A DNA stretch of 64,000 nt, from positions 5,167-69,166 of the forward strand of contig DASRBO010000190.1 of assembly GCA_035653595.1 (NCBI GenBank). The letters are read 5' to 3'. A model generated the notes under the pieces. The model made no database searches. It had not been told where the DNA came from and worked only from the letters and a program-made list of their open reading frames with translations. This DNA comes from Acidimicrobiales bacterium. GTDB lineage: Bacteria > Actinomycetota > Acidimicrobiia > Acidimicrobiales > JAJPHE01. The position numbers and the translations under genes were made by a program. This document shows, piece after piece, positions 8,926-17,829 of this stretch; position 1 is the first letter of the stretch, and every line of letters starts with the position of its first letter.

Positions 8926-10134
8926 ATGAAGGCCCTGCAGTTCGACCGCTCGGCGGCCCGCTACGCCCTGGCCCGGGCGGCCGGCGAGGTGGTGGCGGGC
9001 GGGGGGGCCAGGGTCGGCCCCCTGAGACTGGTCGAGACCGAGCCACCGGCGCTGCCCGGGCCGGAGTGGCGCCGGGTGGCCCCGCTGCTGGCCGGCATCT
9101 GCGGCTCGGACCTGGCCACCGTCGACGGGCGCAGCTCCCGCTACTTCGAGCCCATCGTGAGCTTCCCGTTCGTGCCCGGCCACGAGGTGGTCGGCGAGCT
9201 GGCCGACGGTGGGCCCGACGACGGCGCCCGGGTGGTGATCGAGCCGGTGCTGGGCTGCGCCGCCCGCGCCATCGAGCCGCCGTGTCCGGGCTGCGCCTCC
9301 GGCCACACCGGTAGCTGCGAGCGCGTGGCCTTCGGGCACCTGAAGCCAGGGCTGCAGACCGGGTTCTGCTCCGACGTCGGCGGCGGGTGGTCGGCCGCCC
9401 TGGTCGCCCATCCGTCCCAGCTCCACCGGGTGCCCGACGGGATGGCCGACGAGGAGGCGGTCATGGTCGAGCCCACCGCCTGCGCTGTCCATGCCGCCCT
9501 TTCGGCCGGCCCGCTGGAGGGCAGGACCGTCGCCGTGCTCGGGGCCGGCACCCTGGGCCTCACCGTGCTGGCCGCCCTGCGCCGGTTCTGCCTGCCCGGC
9601 GCCGTCATCGCCGGGGCCAAGCACCCCGAGCAGCGCCGGCTGGCGGCCGAGCTGGGCGCCGACGAGGTGGTCAATCCCGATGGTCTGGCCCGGGCGGTCC
9701 GCCGGCGCACCCGCTCCCTCGACGTGGGGCCCCGGCTGTCCGGGGGCGCCGATGTGGTCTTCGACTGTGTCGGCAGCGCGGCCTCGCTGACCGAGGCCCT
9801 GGGCATCGTCCGGCCCCGGGGCCGGGTGGTCATGGTGGGGATGCCCGGCTCGGTCCGGGTCGACCTGACCCCGCTGTGGCACCGCGAGATCGAGCTGGTG
9901 GGTGCCTACGCCTACGGCACCGAGGTCACCGACGGCGCTGCGGTGCGCACCTTCCAGCTGGCCTTCGATCTGGTGAGGGAGGCGGGGCTGGGACGCCTGG
10001 TGAGCGCCCGCTACCCCCTCGACCGCTACACCGAGGCCCTGGCTCATGCCGGCAACGCCGGCCGCCGGGGAGCGGTGAAGGTCGTGTTCGACCTGCGGCA
10101 CGAGTCCCGCCGTCCGACATGGAGAACCGAATGA
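8926..10134 (+). CDS. Zinc-binding alcohol dehydrogenase (MDR family)
   Basis: 402 aa. Motifs seen: GICGSDL, PFVPGHEVVG, a structural-Zn-like CPGCASGHTGSC, and GAGTLGL for nucleotide binding. Confidence 0.9.
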   Translation: MKALQFDRSAARYALARAAGEVVAGGGARVGPLRLVETEPPALPGPEWRRVAPLLAGICGSDLATVDGRSSRYFEPIVSFPFVPGHEVVGELADGGPDDGARVVIEPVLGCAARAIEPPCPGCASGHTGSCERVAFGHLKPGLQTGFCSDVGGGWSAALVAHPSQLHRVPDGMADEEAVMVEPTACAVHAALSAGPLEGRTVAVLGAGTLGLTVLAALRRFCLPGAVIAGAKHPEQRRLAAELGADEVVNPDGLARAVRRRTRSLDVGPRLSGGADVVFDCVGSAASLTEALGIVRPRGRVVMVGMPGSVRVDLTPLWHREIELVGAYAYGTEVTDGAAVRTFQLAFDLVREAGLGRLVSARYPLDRYTEALAHAGNAGRRGAVKVVFDLRHESRRPTWRTE

Positions 10135-11720
10135 GCCCCAGGCCCGGATTCGTACTCGAGGTGGACCGCTCGTCGCCGCCCAGCCTCCTCTGGCACGGAG
10201 AGGGCTTCCGGCTGGAGCGACTGCCGGTGGGGACAAGAGTGGTCCACCCGCCCGAGCCGCTGGCCGCCATCGAGGAGCCCGACGAGGCCATCCGCCACGC
10301 CCTCGAGCACCCCCAGGGCGACAGTGCCCCGCTGTCGGCCCTGCTGCGGCCGGGCATGCGGCTGACCATCGCCTTCGACGACGTGTCGCTGCCGCTGCCC
10401 CCCATGCGCGCCCCCGACGTGCGCCAGCGGGTCATCGAGGCGGTGCTCGACACCGCCGCCGCCGCTGGGGTCGACGACGTGGTGCTGATGGCCGCCCTGG
10501 CCCTGCACCGCCGCATGACCGAGCCCGAGCTGCGCCACGCCCTGGGCGACCGCATCTACGACGCCTTCGCACCCCACGGCCTGCTGGTGCAGCACGACGC
10601 CGAGGACCCGTCGAACCTCGAGCACCTCGGCCAGACCGAAATGGGCGAGGACGTGGAGATAAACAAGCGGGCCGCCACCAGCGACCTGATCGTCTACGTC
10701 AACATCAACCTGGTGGCCATGGACGGGGGCCACAAGAGCGTGGCGACCGGTCTGGCCAGCTACCGCAGCCTGCGCCACCACCACAACGTCCACACCATGG
10801 TGCACTCGCGCTCGTTCATGGACCAGGAGCGCTCCGAGCTGCACTCGTCCAACTGGCGCATGGGACGCCACCTCGCCGCCAGCGGGGTGAAGGTCTTCCA
10901 GATCGAGACCACCCTCAACAACGACACGTTCCCCGACCCGTTCCGCTTCCTCTCCCGCCGCGAGTGGGAGTGGACGGCGCGGGACCGGGCCACCTATCTG
11001 GCCACCACCGCCGGGCTGGCCCGGGCACCCGATCGGGTCAAGCGGACGATCTTCCAGTCCATGCGGGCGCCGGTCGGGCTCACCAGCGTGCAGGCGGGCG
11101 AGGTGGAGGCGGTGCACAGGCTGACCACCGCCAACGTCTACCGCCAGCAGCTGGTCGAGGTGGAGGGGCAGTCCGACGTGCTGCTGATGGGCCTGCCCTA
11201 CATCTGCCCCTACAACGTCAACTCGATCATGAACCCGATCCTGGTGATGTGCCTGGGCCTCGGGTACTTCTTCAACCTCTACCGGGGCAAGCCGCTGGTG
11301 CGCCCGGGCGGCGCCCTGATCATGTCCCACCCCACCCCGTGGGCCTTCGACCCGGTGTTCCATCCCAGCTACATCGACTTCTTCGAGCAGGTGCTGGCGG
11401 AGACGACCGACCCGGCCGAGATCGAGGAGAAGTACGAGCAGTCCTTCGCCACCGACCCGTGGTACATCCACCTGTACCGCACCGGGCACGCCTACCACGG
11501 CGTCCATCCGTTCTACATGTGGTACTGGGGGGCACACGCCCTCGACCACCTGGGCCGGGTGATCATCGTGGGCGGGGACCCGGCCGCCGTGCGCCGGCTC
11601 GGCTTCAAGTCGGCCTCCACCCTCCCCGACGCCCTCGAGATGGCCGAGGACGTCGTCGGCCGGCATCCCAGCATCACCTACCTGCGCTGTCCCCCTTTGC
11701 TGATGGCCGACGTGAGATGA
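10131..11720 (+). CDS. LarA-like (lactate racemase N-terminal domain / DUF2088) protein
   Basis: The real start is inside ORF 9387-11720. ATG 10131 forms an ATGA overlap with the ADH stop (alternative ATG 10119). It has ...RLTIAFDDVSLPLPP... and ...NINLVAMDGGHKSVATGLASYRSLRHHHNVH..., which resemble LarA-family N-domain and GGxK...H segments. Confidence 0.75.
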   Translation: MSPRPGFVLEVDRSSPPSLLWHGEGFRLERLPVGTRVVHPPEPLAAIEEPDEAIRHALEHPQGDSAPLSALLRPGMRLTIAFDDVSLPLPPMRAPDVRQRVIEAVLDTAAAAGVDDVVLMAALALHRRMTEPELRHALGDRIYDAFAPHGLLVQHDAEDPSNLEHLGQTEMGEDVEINKRAATSDLIVYVNINLVAMDGGHKSVATGLASYRSLRHHHNVHTMVHSRSFMDQERSELHSSNWRMGRHLAASGVKVFQIETTLNNDTFPDPFRFLSRREWEWTARDRATYLATTAGLARAPDRVKRTIFQSMRAPVGLTSVQAGEVEAVHRLTTANVYRQQLVEVEGQSDVLLMGLPYICPYNVNSIMNPILVMCLGLGYFFNLYRGKPLVRPGGALIMSHPTPWAFDPVFHPSYIDFFEQVLAETTDPAEIEEKYEQSFATDPWYIHLYRTGHAYHGVHPFYMWYWGAHALDHLGRVIIVGGDPAAVRRLGFKSASTLPDALEMAEDVVGRHPSITYLRCPPLLMADVR

Positions 11721-12598
11721 GGCTGCCCGCCTTCCCCTGGGGGGCGCCCACCCGGCCCGGAGGCGTACCCCTGCCCCCGGTCGAGCGGGAGACCGGGGTG
11801 TACTACGACACCTCCTGGTCCCGCCGCTACGAGGCCCGCCTGGCCCGGGCCCTCCTTCTCGAGGGCGTCACCCGCCCGCTGGTCCACACCGTCATCCCCC
11901 CTCGGGTGGAGGGGCTGGACCGCATCGAGGGCTTGGAGGCACCGGCGGTGTTCGCCGCCAACCACAACAGCCACCTCGACACCCCCCTGATCCTGTCCAC
12001 CCTGCCCCGGCGCTTCCGCCACCGCACCGTGGTGGCGGGGGCGGCCGACTACTTCTTCGACACCAAATGGAAGGCGGCGGTGTGGTCCCTGACCGTGGCC
12101 GCCGTGCCCATCGAGCGCATCCGGGTGAGCCGGCGCTTCCTCGAGCTCGGCATGGGCCTGCTGGCCGACGGTTGGTCGGTGGTGATCTATCCCGAAGGGG
12201 GGCGCTCGCCCGACGGCTGGGCCCAGCCCTTCATCGCCGGGGTCGCCTACCTCGCCTACCGGGCCCGGGTCCCCCTGGTCCCGCTCCACATCGCCGGCAC
12301 GTCCGAGGCCCTGCCCAAGGGGGCCCGCCGGCTACGGCCGGGGCGCACGGCGGTCACCTTCGGGCGCCCGATGCCGCCCGACCCCGACGAGGATCCCCGC
12401 CGCCTGTCGGCCCGCCTCGAGGCCGAGGTGGCCGCCCTGGCCGACGAGCACGCCACCGACTGGTGGCAGGCCCGCCGCCGGGCCGCCGCCGGGGCCACCC
12501 CGGCCCTGTCGGGACCGGACGCCCCGGGCTGGCGGCGCTCGTGGGCCCGAACTCCGCCGAGCGCGGCGTCCCGCAGCTGGCCCCACAAGGGGCCCTGA
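11717..12598 (+). CDS. Lysophospholipid / 1-acyl-sn-glycerol-3-phosphate acyltransferase (PlsC family)
   Basis: ATG 11717 forms an ATGA overlap with the upstream stop. It carries the acyltransferase blocks ANHNSHLD (HX4D) and IYPEGGRS. Confidence 0.85.
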   Translation: MRLPAFPWGAPTRPGGVPLPPVERETGVYYDTSWSRRYEARLARALLLEGVTRPLVHTVIPPRVEGLDRIEGLEAPAVFAANHNSHLDTPLILSTLPRRFRHRTVVAGAADYFFDTKWKAAVWSLTVAAVPIERIRVSRRFLELGMGLLADGWSVVIYPEGGRSPDGWAQPFIAGVAYLAYRARVPLVPLHIAGTSEALPKGARRLRPGRTAVTFGRPMPPDPDEDPRRLSARLEAEVAALADEHATDWWQARRRAAAGATPALSGPDAPGWRRSWARTPPSAASRSWPHKGP

Positions 12599-12609
12599 GG
12601 CGAACCGGT

Positions 12610-13335
12610 CTACTCGAGGAGGCGCAGCCCGCTGGGGGCGATGGAGGGCTCGGGCGAGACCAGCTCGACCACGAACTCGGTGCGGTGGGCGGGAAAGACG
12701 TGCTCGCTGACCAGCACCACCTCCCCGTCCTGGGAGCGGGTCACCCGCTGGCACACCAGCACCGGCGAGCCCACGGGCACCCCCAGTGCCCGGGCGTCGG
12801 CGGCCGAGGCGGCGGCGGCCCCGATGGTCTGGGTGGCGCTGGCCAGGCCGACCCCGATCAGCTCGTAGAACGGGGAGCGCTCCACGTCGTCACGCGACAG
12901 CGATCCGGCCAGGCGTTCGGGGGCCCACACCGTCACCAGGGCGAAGGGGGCGCCGTCGGCCAGGTTGAGCCGGCGGACCCGCAGCACGCTCCCCGGCCCC
13001 AGCAGCTCGGCCACCGGCGCCGGCGCCTCCTGCCAGGCGAACTCGAGCACCTTGCGCCCGGGCTGGCGGCCCTGGGCGGCCATCTGGGCCTCGATGGTGC
13101 CCAGGTGTCCCAGGTCCTGGCGCACGGGGGCCACGGCGGCGAACCATCCGAAACCCTGGCGGGAGTCGATCAGGCCCTCCTCCCGCAGCACCTCGAGGGC
13201 CTTGCGGACCGTCACCCGGCTGACGCCGTAGCGTTGGGACAGCTCGGCCTCGCTGGGCAGCAGGCTTCCGGGCGTCGCCGCCCCCAGGTCCCGCCTCAGG
13301 TCGGCGGCGATGGCGCGGTAGCGGATCTCCCTCAC
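12610..13335 (-). CDS. GntR-family transcriptional regulator (HutC/UTRA subfamily)
   Basis: 241 aa with a GTG start. The winged HTH reads [31 protein letters not shown], followed by a UTRA-like C-domain. Confidence 0.9.
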   Translation of the reverse strand: MREIRYRAIAADLRRDLGAATPGSLLPSEAELSQRYGVSRVTVRKALEVLREEGLIDSRQGFGWFAAVAPVRQDLGHLGTIEAQMAAQGRQPGRKVLEFAWQEAPAPVAELLGPGSVLRVRRLNLADGAPFALVTVWAPERLAGSLSRDDVERSPFYELIGVGLASATQTIGAAAASAADARALGVPVGSPVLVCQRVTRSQDGEVVLVSEHVFPAHRTEFVVELVSPEPSIAPSGLRLLE

Positions 13336-13379
13336 TTGTCATATACTTGTATCAGATTTCCGCACGAGCAGGAGGGACC
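13334..13379. promoter_or_regulatory. AT-rich divergent promoter/operator region between gntR-like gene and aconitase
   Basis: Locally AT-rich (cACTTGTcatatACTTGTatcagatttcc) in an otherwise GC-rich window. ACTTGT is repeated at 13334 and 13345, an 11-bp period, and ATAC-TT-GTAT forms a mini-palindrome. The SD GGAGGGA at 13371-13377 precedes the aconitase ATG. Confidence 0.35.
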
Positions 13380-15644
13380 ATGGCCACCGTCACCGCCACC
13401 ACCCCGACAGAGCTGGCCGCCGAGGTCTACGGGCGCCTCGAGGAGAGGGTCGCCCTGGGCCGGCGCCGGCTGGGCCGGCCCCTGACCCTGGCCGAGAAGA
13501 TCCTCTTCAACCACCTGGCCGACCCCGGCGCCCAGGAGCTGGACCGGGGCCGCTCCTACGCCGAGCTGTACCCGGACCGGGTGGCCATGCAGGACGCCAC
13601 CGCCCAGATGGCCCTGCTGCAGTTCATGACCGCCGGGCTTGCCGAGGTGGCGGTGCCGACCACGGTGCACTGCGACCACCTCATCCAGGCCCACACCGGG
13701 GCCCGGGCCGACCTGGCCGTGGCCGAGGACACCAACGCCGAGGTGTACGAGTTCCTCCGCTCGGTGTCGGCCCGCTACGGCATCGGGTTCTGGAAGCCGG
13801 GCTCGGGGATCATCCACCAGGTGGTGCTGGAGCAGTACGCCTTCCCCGGCGGCATGATCATCGGGACCGACAGCCACACCCCCAACGCCGGTGGCCTCGC
13901 CATGGTGGCGGTAGGCGTGGGCGGGGCCGACGCCGTCGACGTCATGGTCGGCGGGACGTTCGGGGTGCGCTGGCCCAAGCTGATCGGGGTGCGCCTGACC
14001 GGGTCGCTCAACGGCTGGACGGCCCCCAAGGACATCATCTTGAAGGTGGCGGAGCTGCTCACCGTCAAGGGCGGCACCGGCGCCATCGTCGAGTACTTCG
14101 GGCCGGGTGCCGGCACCATCAGCGCCACAGGCAAGGCGACCATCTGCAACATGGGGGCGGAGATCGGCGCCACCTGCTCCCTGTTCCCCTATGACGGCCA
14201 CTCGGCCCTGTACCTGAAGGCAACCGGTCGGGAGGCGCTGGCCGACGCTGCCGACGGCGTCGCCCACCACCTCCGGGCCGACGACGAGGTCGACGCCGAT
14301 CCTGGCCGGTACTTCGACCAGGTGATCGAGATCGACCTCGACACCCTCGAGCCCCACATCGTCGGGCCCCACACCCCGGACCTGGCTCGACCGGTGTCGG
14401 CCATGGGGGCCGAGGCCAAGGCGAAGGGGTGGCCGACCAAGCTGACCAACGCCCTGGTCGGCTCGTGCACCAACTCGTCCTACGAGGACATCACCCGGGC
14501 GGCCAGCGTCGCCCGTCAGGCCGCCGCCCGTGGGCTTTCGGCCAAGGTGCCGCTCCTGATCACCCCCGGTTCGGAGCGGGTGCGGGCCACCATCGAGCGC
14601 GACGGCCTGCTGGCCGACCTCGAGGCCATCGGCGCCACCGTGCTGGCCAACGCCTGCGGGCCCTGCATCGGCCAGTGGCAGCGCGACGACATAACCGAGG
14701 GCGAGACCAACTCCATCCTCACCTCGTACAACCGCAACTTCCCCAAGCGCAACGACGGCAACGCCAACACCCTCGCCTTCATCGCCTCCCCGGAGACCGT
14801 TGTCGCCTACGCCCTGGTCGGCACGCTCGACTTCAACCCGCTCACCGACCCGGTGGACGGCGCCGTGCTCGAGCCGCCCACCGGCGAGGAGCTGCCGTCG
14901 CTGGGCTTCGAGTCGGGCGAGGCGGGATTCGTCGCCCCACCGGAGGATCGCAGCGACGTCGAGGTGGTCGTGCACCCGTCCAGCACCCGTCTGCAGCTGC
15001 TCGAGCCGTTCTCGCCCAATCCCGAGGCCGAGCTCGACCGGCTGCCGATTCTCCTCAAGGCGGCGGGCAAGTGCACCACCGACCACATATCGGCGGCCGG
15101 TCCCTGGCTGCGCTACCGGGGCCACCTGGACAACATCTCCTCCAACCTGTTCCTCGGAGCGGTGAACGCCTTCACCGGCGAGGCCGGCTCCGGACGCTGC
15201 CCGGTCCACCACCGCAGCGAGCCCTACCCCGACTGCGCCCGCCACTGCCGCGAGGCCGGCGTGGCCTGGGTGGCGATCGGCGACGAGAACTACGGGGAGG
15301 GGTCGTCGCGCGAGCACGCCGCCATGGAGCCCCGCTTCATGGGGGCGCGGGCCATCTTTGCCCGCTCCTTCGCCCGCATCCACGAGACCAACCTCAAGAA
15401 GCAGGGCGTGCTGGCCCTCACCTTCTCCGACCCGTCGACCTACGACGCCATCGGCGAGGAGGACACCATCACCATCCTCGGGCTCGACCGGCTGGCCCCC
15501 GACCAGCCGGTGCAGTGCCGCATCGAGAAGCCCGACGGCAGCTCCGTGGAGTTCACCGCCACCCACACCATGTCCGAGGAGCACATCGCCTGGTACCGGG
15601 CCGGCTCGGCCCTCAACCTGATCCGCCACGGCATGGGGAAGTAG
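13380..15644 (+). CDS. acn: Aconitate hydratase, mitochondrial (Aco2) type, ~754 aa
   Basis: ATG 13380 with an SD, so the TTG 13347 start in the ORF track is rejected. There is long colinear similarity to ACO2-type aconitase: [81 protein letters not shown]. Confidence 0.92.
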   Translation: MATVTATTPTELAAEVYGRLEERVALGRRRLGRPLTLAEKILFNHLADPGAQELDRGRSYAELYPDRVAMQDATAQMALLQFMTAGLAEVAVPTTVHCDHLIQAHTGARADLAVAEDTNAEVYEFLRSVSARYGIGFWKPGSGIIHQVVLEQYAFPGGMIIGTDSHTPNAGGLAMVAVGVGGADAVDVMVGGTFGVRWPKLIGVRLTGSLNGWTAPKDIILKVAELLTVKGGTGAIVEYFGPGAGTISATGKATICNMGAEIGATCSLFPYDGHSALYLKATGREALADAADGVAHHLRADDEVDADPGRYFDQVIEIDLDTLEPHIVGPHTPDLARPVSAMGAEAKAKGWPTKLTNALVGSCTNSSYEDITRAASVARQAAARGLSAKVPLLITPGSERVRATIERDGLLADLEAIGATVLANACGPCIGQWQRDDITEGETNSILTSYNRNFPKRNDGNANTLAFIASPETVVAYALVGTLDFNPLTDPVDGAVLEPPTGEELPSLGFESGEAGFVAPPEDRSDVEVVVHPSSTRLQLLEPFSPNPEAELDRLPILLKAAGKCTTDHISAAGPWLRYRGHLDNISSNLFLGAVNAFTGEAGSGRCPVHHRSEPYPDCARHCREAGVAWVAIGDENYGEGSSREHAAMEPRFMGARAIFARSFARIHETNLKKQGVLALTFSDPSTYDAIGEEDTITILGLDRLAPDQPVQCRIEKPDGSSVEFTATHTMSEEHIAWYRAGSALNLIRHGMGK

Positions 15645-15751
15645 CCCCCGGCTCTACCGCGCCGGACCGGGCGACACCTCCCGGTCTCCCCTGAAGCGTT
15701 TGGGCCCCATGCGCCGGGCCGTGCTGCCGCGGCTCGGGCGCCCCTACTCGG

Positions 15752-16504
15752 TCAGGGTCGGCGGCGGCGGTGCCAGCGCCGCAGCCGGGCGGTCGCCGCC
15801 AGGCGCTCGCGGCGCAGCTCGTCGGCCTCGCTGTCGTCGAGCGGTGCCAGCGGGCCGAGCACCGAGCCGAGCAGGGCGTCGGCCAGGGCCGGGTTGCGGG
15901 CCAGCACCGGGCCGTGCAGGTAGGTGGCGAACACCCGGCCGGACACCGCCCCTTCGGTGCCGTCGCCGGCCCCGTTTCCGACTCCCGAGCGCACCCGCGC
16001 CATCGGCTCGACGCCCGGCCCCAGGGCGGTCACCGCCCCGTGGTTCTCGTAGCCGGTGAGGGTGGGCAGGCCGGCGAGGGCCGAGGCGACCGGCTCGGCC
16101 ACCAGCTCCCCCACCGCCCGGGGGCCGTCACCCTTGGCGGTGGTGACGTCGATGAGACCAAGCCCCGGCCGGGGCGATCCGTCGGCGCCGGCGAAGGAGT
16201 GCCCGACCAGCTGGAAGCCGGCGCACACGGCCAGCACCGCCGCCCCGGCCTCGACGGCCCGGTTGAGCGCCCCGCCCGCCAGCTCCACCGCCGAGCGCGC
16301 CTCGGGGCCGTCCTCTCCCCCACCGAGGCAGTAGAAGTCGGCGGCTTCCGGCACCGGGGATCCCGACGGGGACTGGACCAGCTCGACGTCGATGCCCCGC
16401 CATGCCAGGCGCCGGGCGAGGATCATCCCGTTGCCGCCGTCCCCGTAGGTGCCCAGCAGATCGGGGTGCACGACCACCACCCTCACCGCCGACTCGGCCG
16501 TCAC
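15752..16504 (-). CDS. gatD: Lipid II isoglutaminyl synthase, glutaminase subunit GatD (CobB/CobQ-like GATase)
   Basis: ORF 15752-16876 trimmed to GTG 16504, which forms a GTGA overlap with the murT stop. Catalytic CAGFQLVG and GYENHG motifs are present, and it sits directly downstream of murT. Confidence 0.85.
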   Translation of the reverse strand: MTAESAVRVVVVHPDLLGTYGDGGNGMILARRLAWRGIDVELVQSPSGSPVPEAADFYCLGGGEDGPEARSAVELAGGALNRAVEAGAAVLAVCAGFQLVGHSFAGADGSPRPGLGLIDVTTAKGDGPRAVGELVAEPVASALAGLPTLTGYENHGAVTALGPGVEPMARVRSGVGNGAGDGTEGAVSGRVFATYLHGPVLARNPALADALLGSVLGPLAPLDDSEADELRRERLAATARLRRWHRRRRP

Positions 16505-17829
16505 CCCCGCTCCCCCCCTCCCCGACGGCCGAGGCGGCGCAGGGCCTGGAAGCTGGTGTAGTTGGCCACCACGTCGACCGGCCGGTCGGGCAGTTCCGCA
16601 GCGGTCGGGCCGCCCGCTCCGTCCTGGGACAGGCGCAGCCGGTGGGCGAGGGTCACGGCCCGGCCCAGGTCCGCCTCGGTGACATGGTCCACCCCGGCGT
16701 AACGCAGGCGCACGGCCAGGTCGCGACAGCGCTCCCCCGTCGCCACCACGGTGCGGCCGGCCAGGCGCTCGAAGGGCACGTCCCACAGCCACGACGGGTC
16801 GCGCCCGTCGGCCACCCGGGCGTTGATCGCCACCGCCAGCGGGCCGGGGGCCAGCAGGTCGAACACGGTCATCCACCCGGCCGGGTTCTTGGCCAGGATC
16901 AGGCGGGCCGCAGCCCCCTCCACCCGCACGACCCCGTAGCGGCCGGCGACCTCACCGACGGCGCCCACGGCCCTGGCCGCCTCGGCCAGGGAGACGCCCA
17001 TCTGGGCGGCGGTGACCGCCGCCATCATGGCGTTGGCCCGGTTGTGGGCCCCCGGCAGGCAGACCGACAGGGCGAACCGCTCCTCGCCATCCTCGGAGCG
17101 CCGCACCAGGTCGGCACCGTCCAGGAGCACCTCGGGCCGGGGTCGGCGCAGGCCGCAGCCGGCGGTGCACGACCACTCCCCGCCGGCCGACCCGGCGCCG
17201 GCGCCGGCGCCGGCGAAGGCGATCACCCCCTCGCAGGCGGGACAGCCGGTGGCGTCGAGGTGCCAGGCCAGCCCGCCGGCCACCCACACCACCTGAGGGG
17301 CGGTGCCTGCGGCCCAGGCGACCATGGGGTCGTCGGCGTTGGCCACCACCGTGGTGGAGGCCATGGCGGCCACGGCGGAGCGCCACCGGCCGGCCAGCAT
17401 GCGCACCTCGTTGATCCGGTCCAGCTGATCGCGGCTCAGATTGAGCAGGCAGAGGGCCCGGGGCGAGAGGGCCTGGGCGACCCGGGGCACGTAGGCCTCG
17501 TCGACCTCGAGGGCCGCCATGGCCCCCGGCCCGGCCCGGGCGAGGGCCGTCACCAGGCCCGGAGGCAGGTTGGCCCCGCCCAGGTTGGTGACCACCGGGC
17601 CGGCGGTCTCCAGGGCGGCGGCCAGCAGCCTGGTCGTGGTCGTCTTACCGTTGGTGCCGCTGACCAGGCCGGCGGGATGGCCCCTGCCCAGCGAGGCGAG
17701 GGCGCCGGGGTCGAGGGCGAGGCTGACCCGGCCCCCGATCACCGAGCCGTCGCCGGCACCGACGGACCGCGACAGCGCCGCCACCCCGGCCCCGGCTCGG
17801 CTGGCCAGCCGGGTGCGCAGGCCGCTCAA
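16501..17829 (-). CDS. murT: Lipid II isoglutaminyl synthase, Mur-ligase subunit MurT
   Basis: Trimmed to TTG 17829, which forms a TTGA overlap with the upstream stop. It has the P-loop GTNGKTTTT, a Cys-rich ribbon (CPACEG...CTAGCG) and a DUF1727-like C-terminus (DGRDPSWLWDVPFE). Confidence 0.85.
   Translation of the reverse strand: MSGLRTRLASRAGAGVAALSRSVGAGDGSVIGGRVSLALDPGALASLGRGHPAGLVSGTNGKTTTTRLLAAALETAGPVVTNLGGANLPPGLVTALARAGPGAMAALEVDEAYVPRVAQALSPRALCLLNLSRDQLDRINEVRMLAGRWRSAVAAMASTTVVANADDPMVAWAAGTAPQVVWVAGGLAWHLDATGCPACEGVIAFAGAGAGAGSAGGEWSCTAGCGLRRPRPEVLLDGADLVRRSEDGEERFALSVCLPGAHNRANAMMAAVTAAQMGVSLAEAARAVGAVGEVAGRYGVVRVEGAAARLILAKNPAGWMTVFDLLAPGPLAVAINARVADGRDPSWLWDVPFERLAGRTVVATGERCRDLAVRLRYAGVDHVTEADLGRAVTLAHRLRLSQDGAGGPTAAELPDRPVDVVANYTSFQALRRLGRRGGGERG
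17193..17216. repeat. Short tandem hexamer (CGGCGC x3 + CGGCGA) inside murT
   Basis: Read directly: cggcgccggcgccggcgccggcga. It encodes the AGAGAGAG run inside the MurT Cys-ribbon loop on the minus strand. Confidence 0.8.

Noticed and set aside
13332-15629. 765-aa ORF antisense to aconitase
   Set aside because: Same reasoning. The plus-strand product is unmistakably aconitase, and the antisense product is low-complexity G/R/V/H-rich.
15645-15751. Possible terminator between convergent aconitase and gatD (gaccggg-N8-cccggtc)
   Set aside because: The stem is only 7 bp with a weak T-run further downstream. It is indistinguishable from chance in GC-rich DNA.
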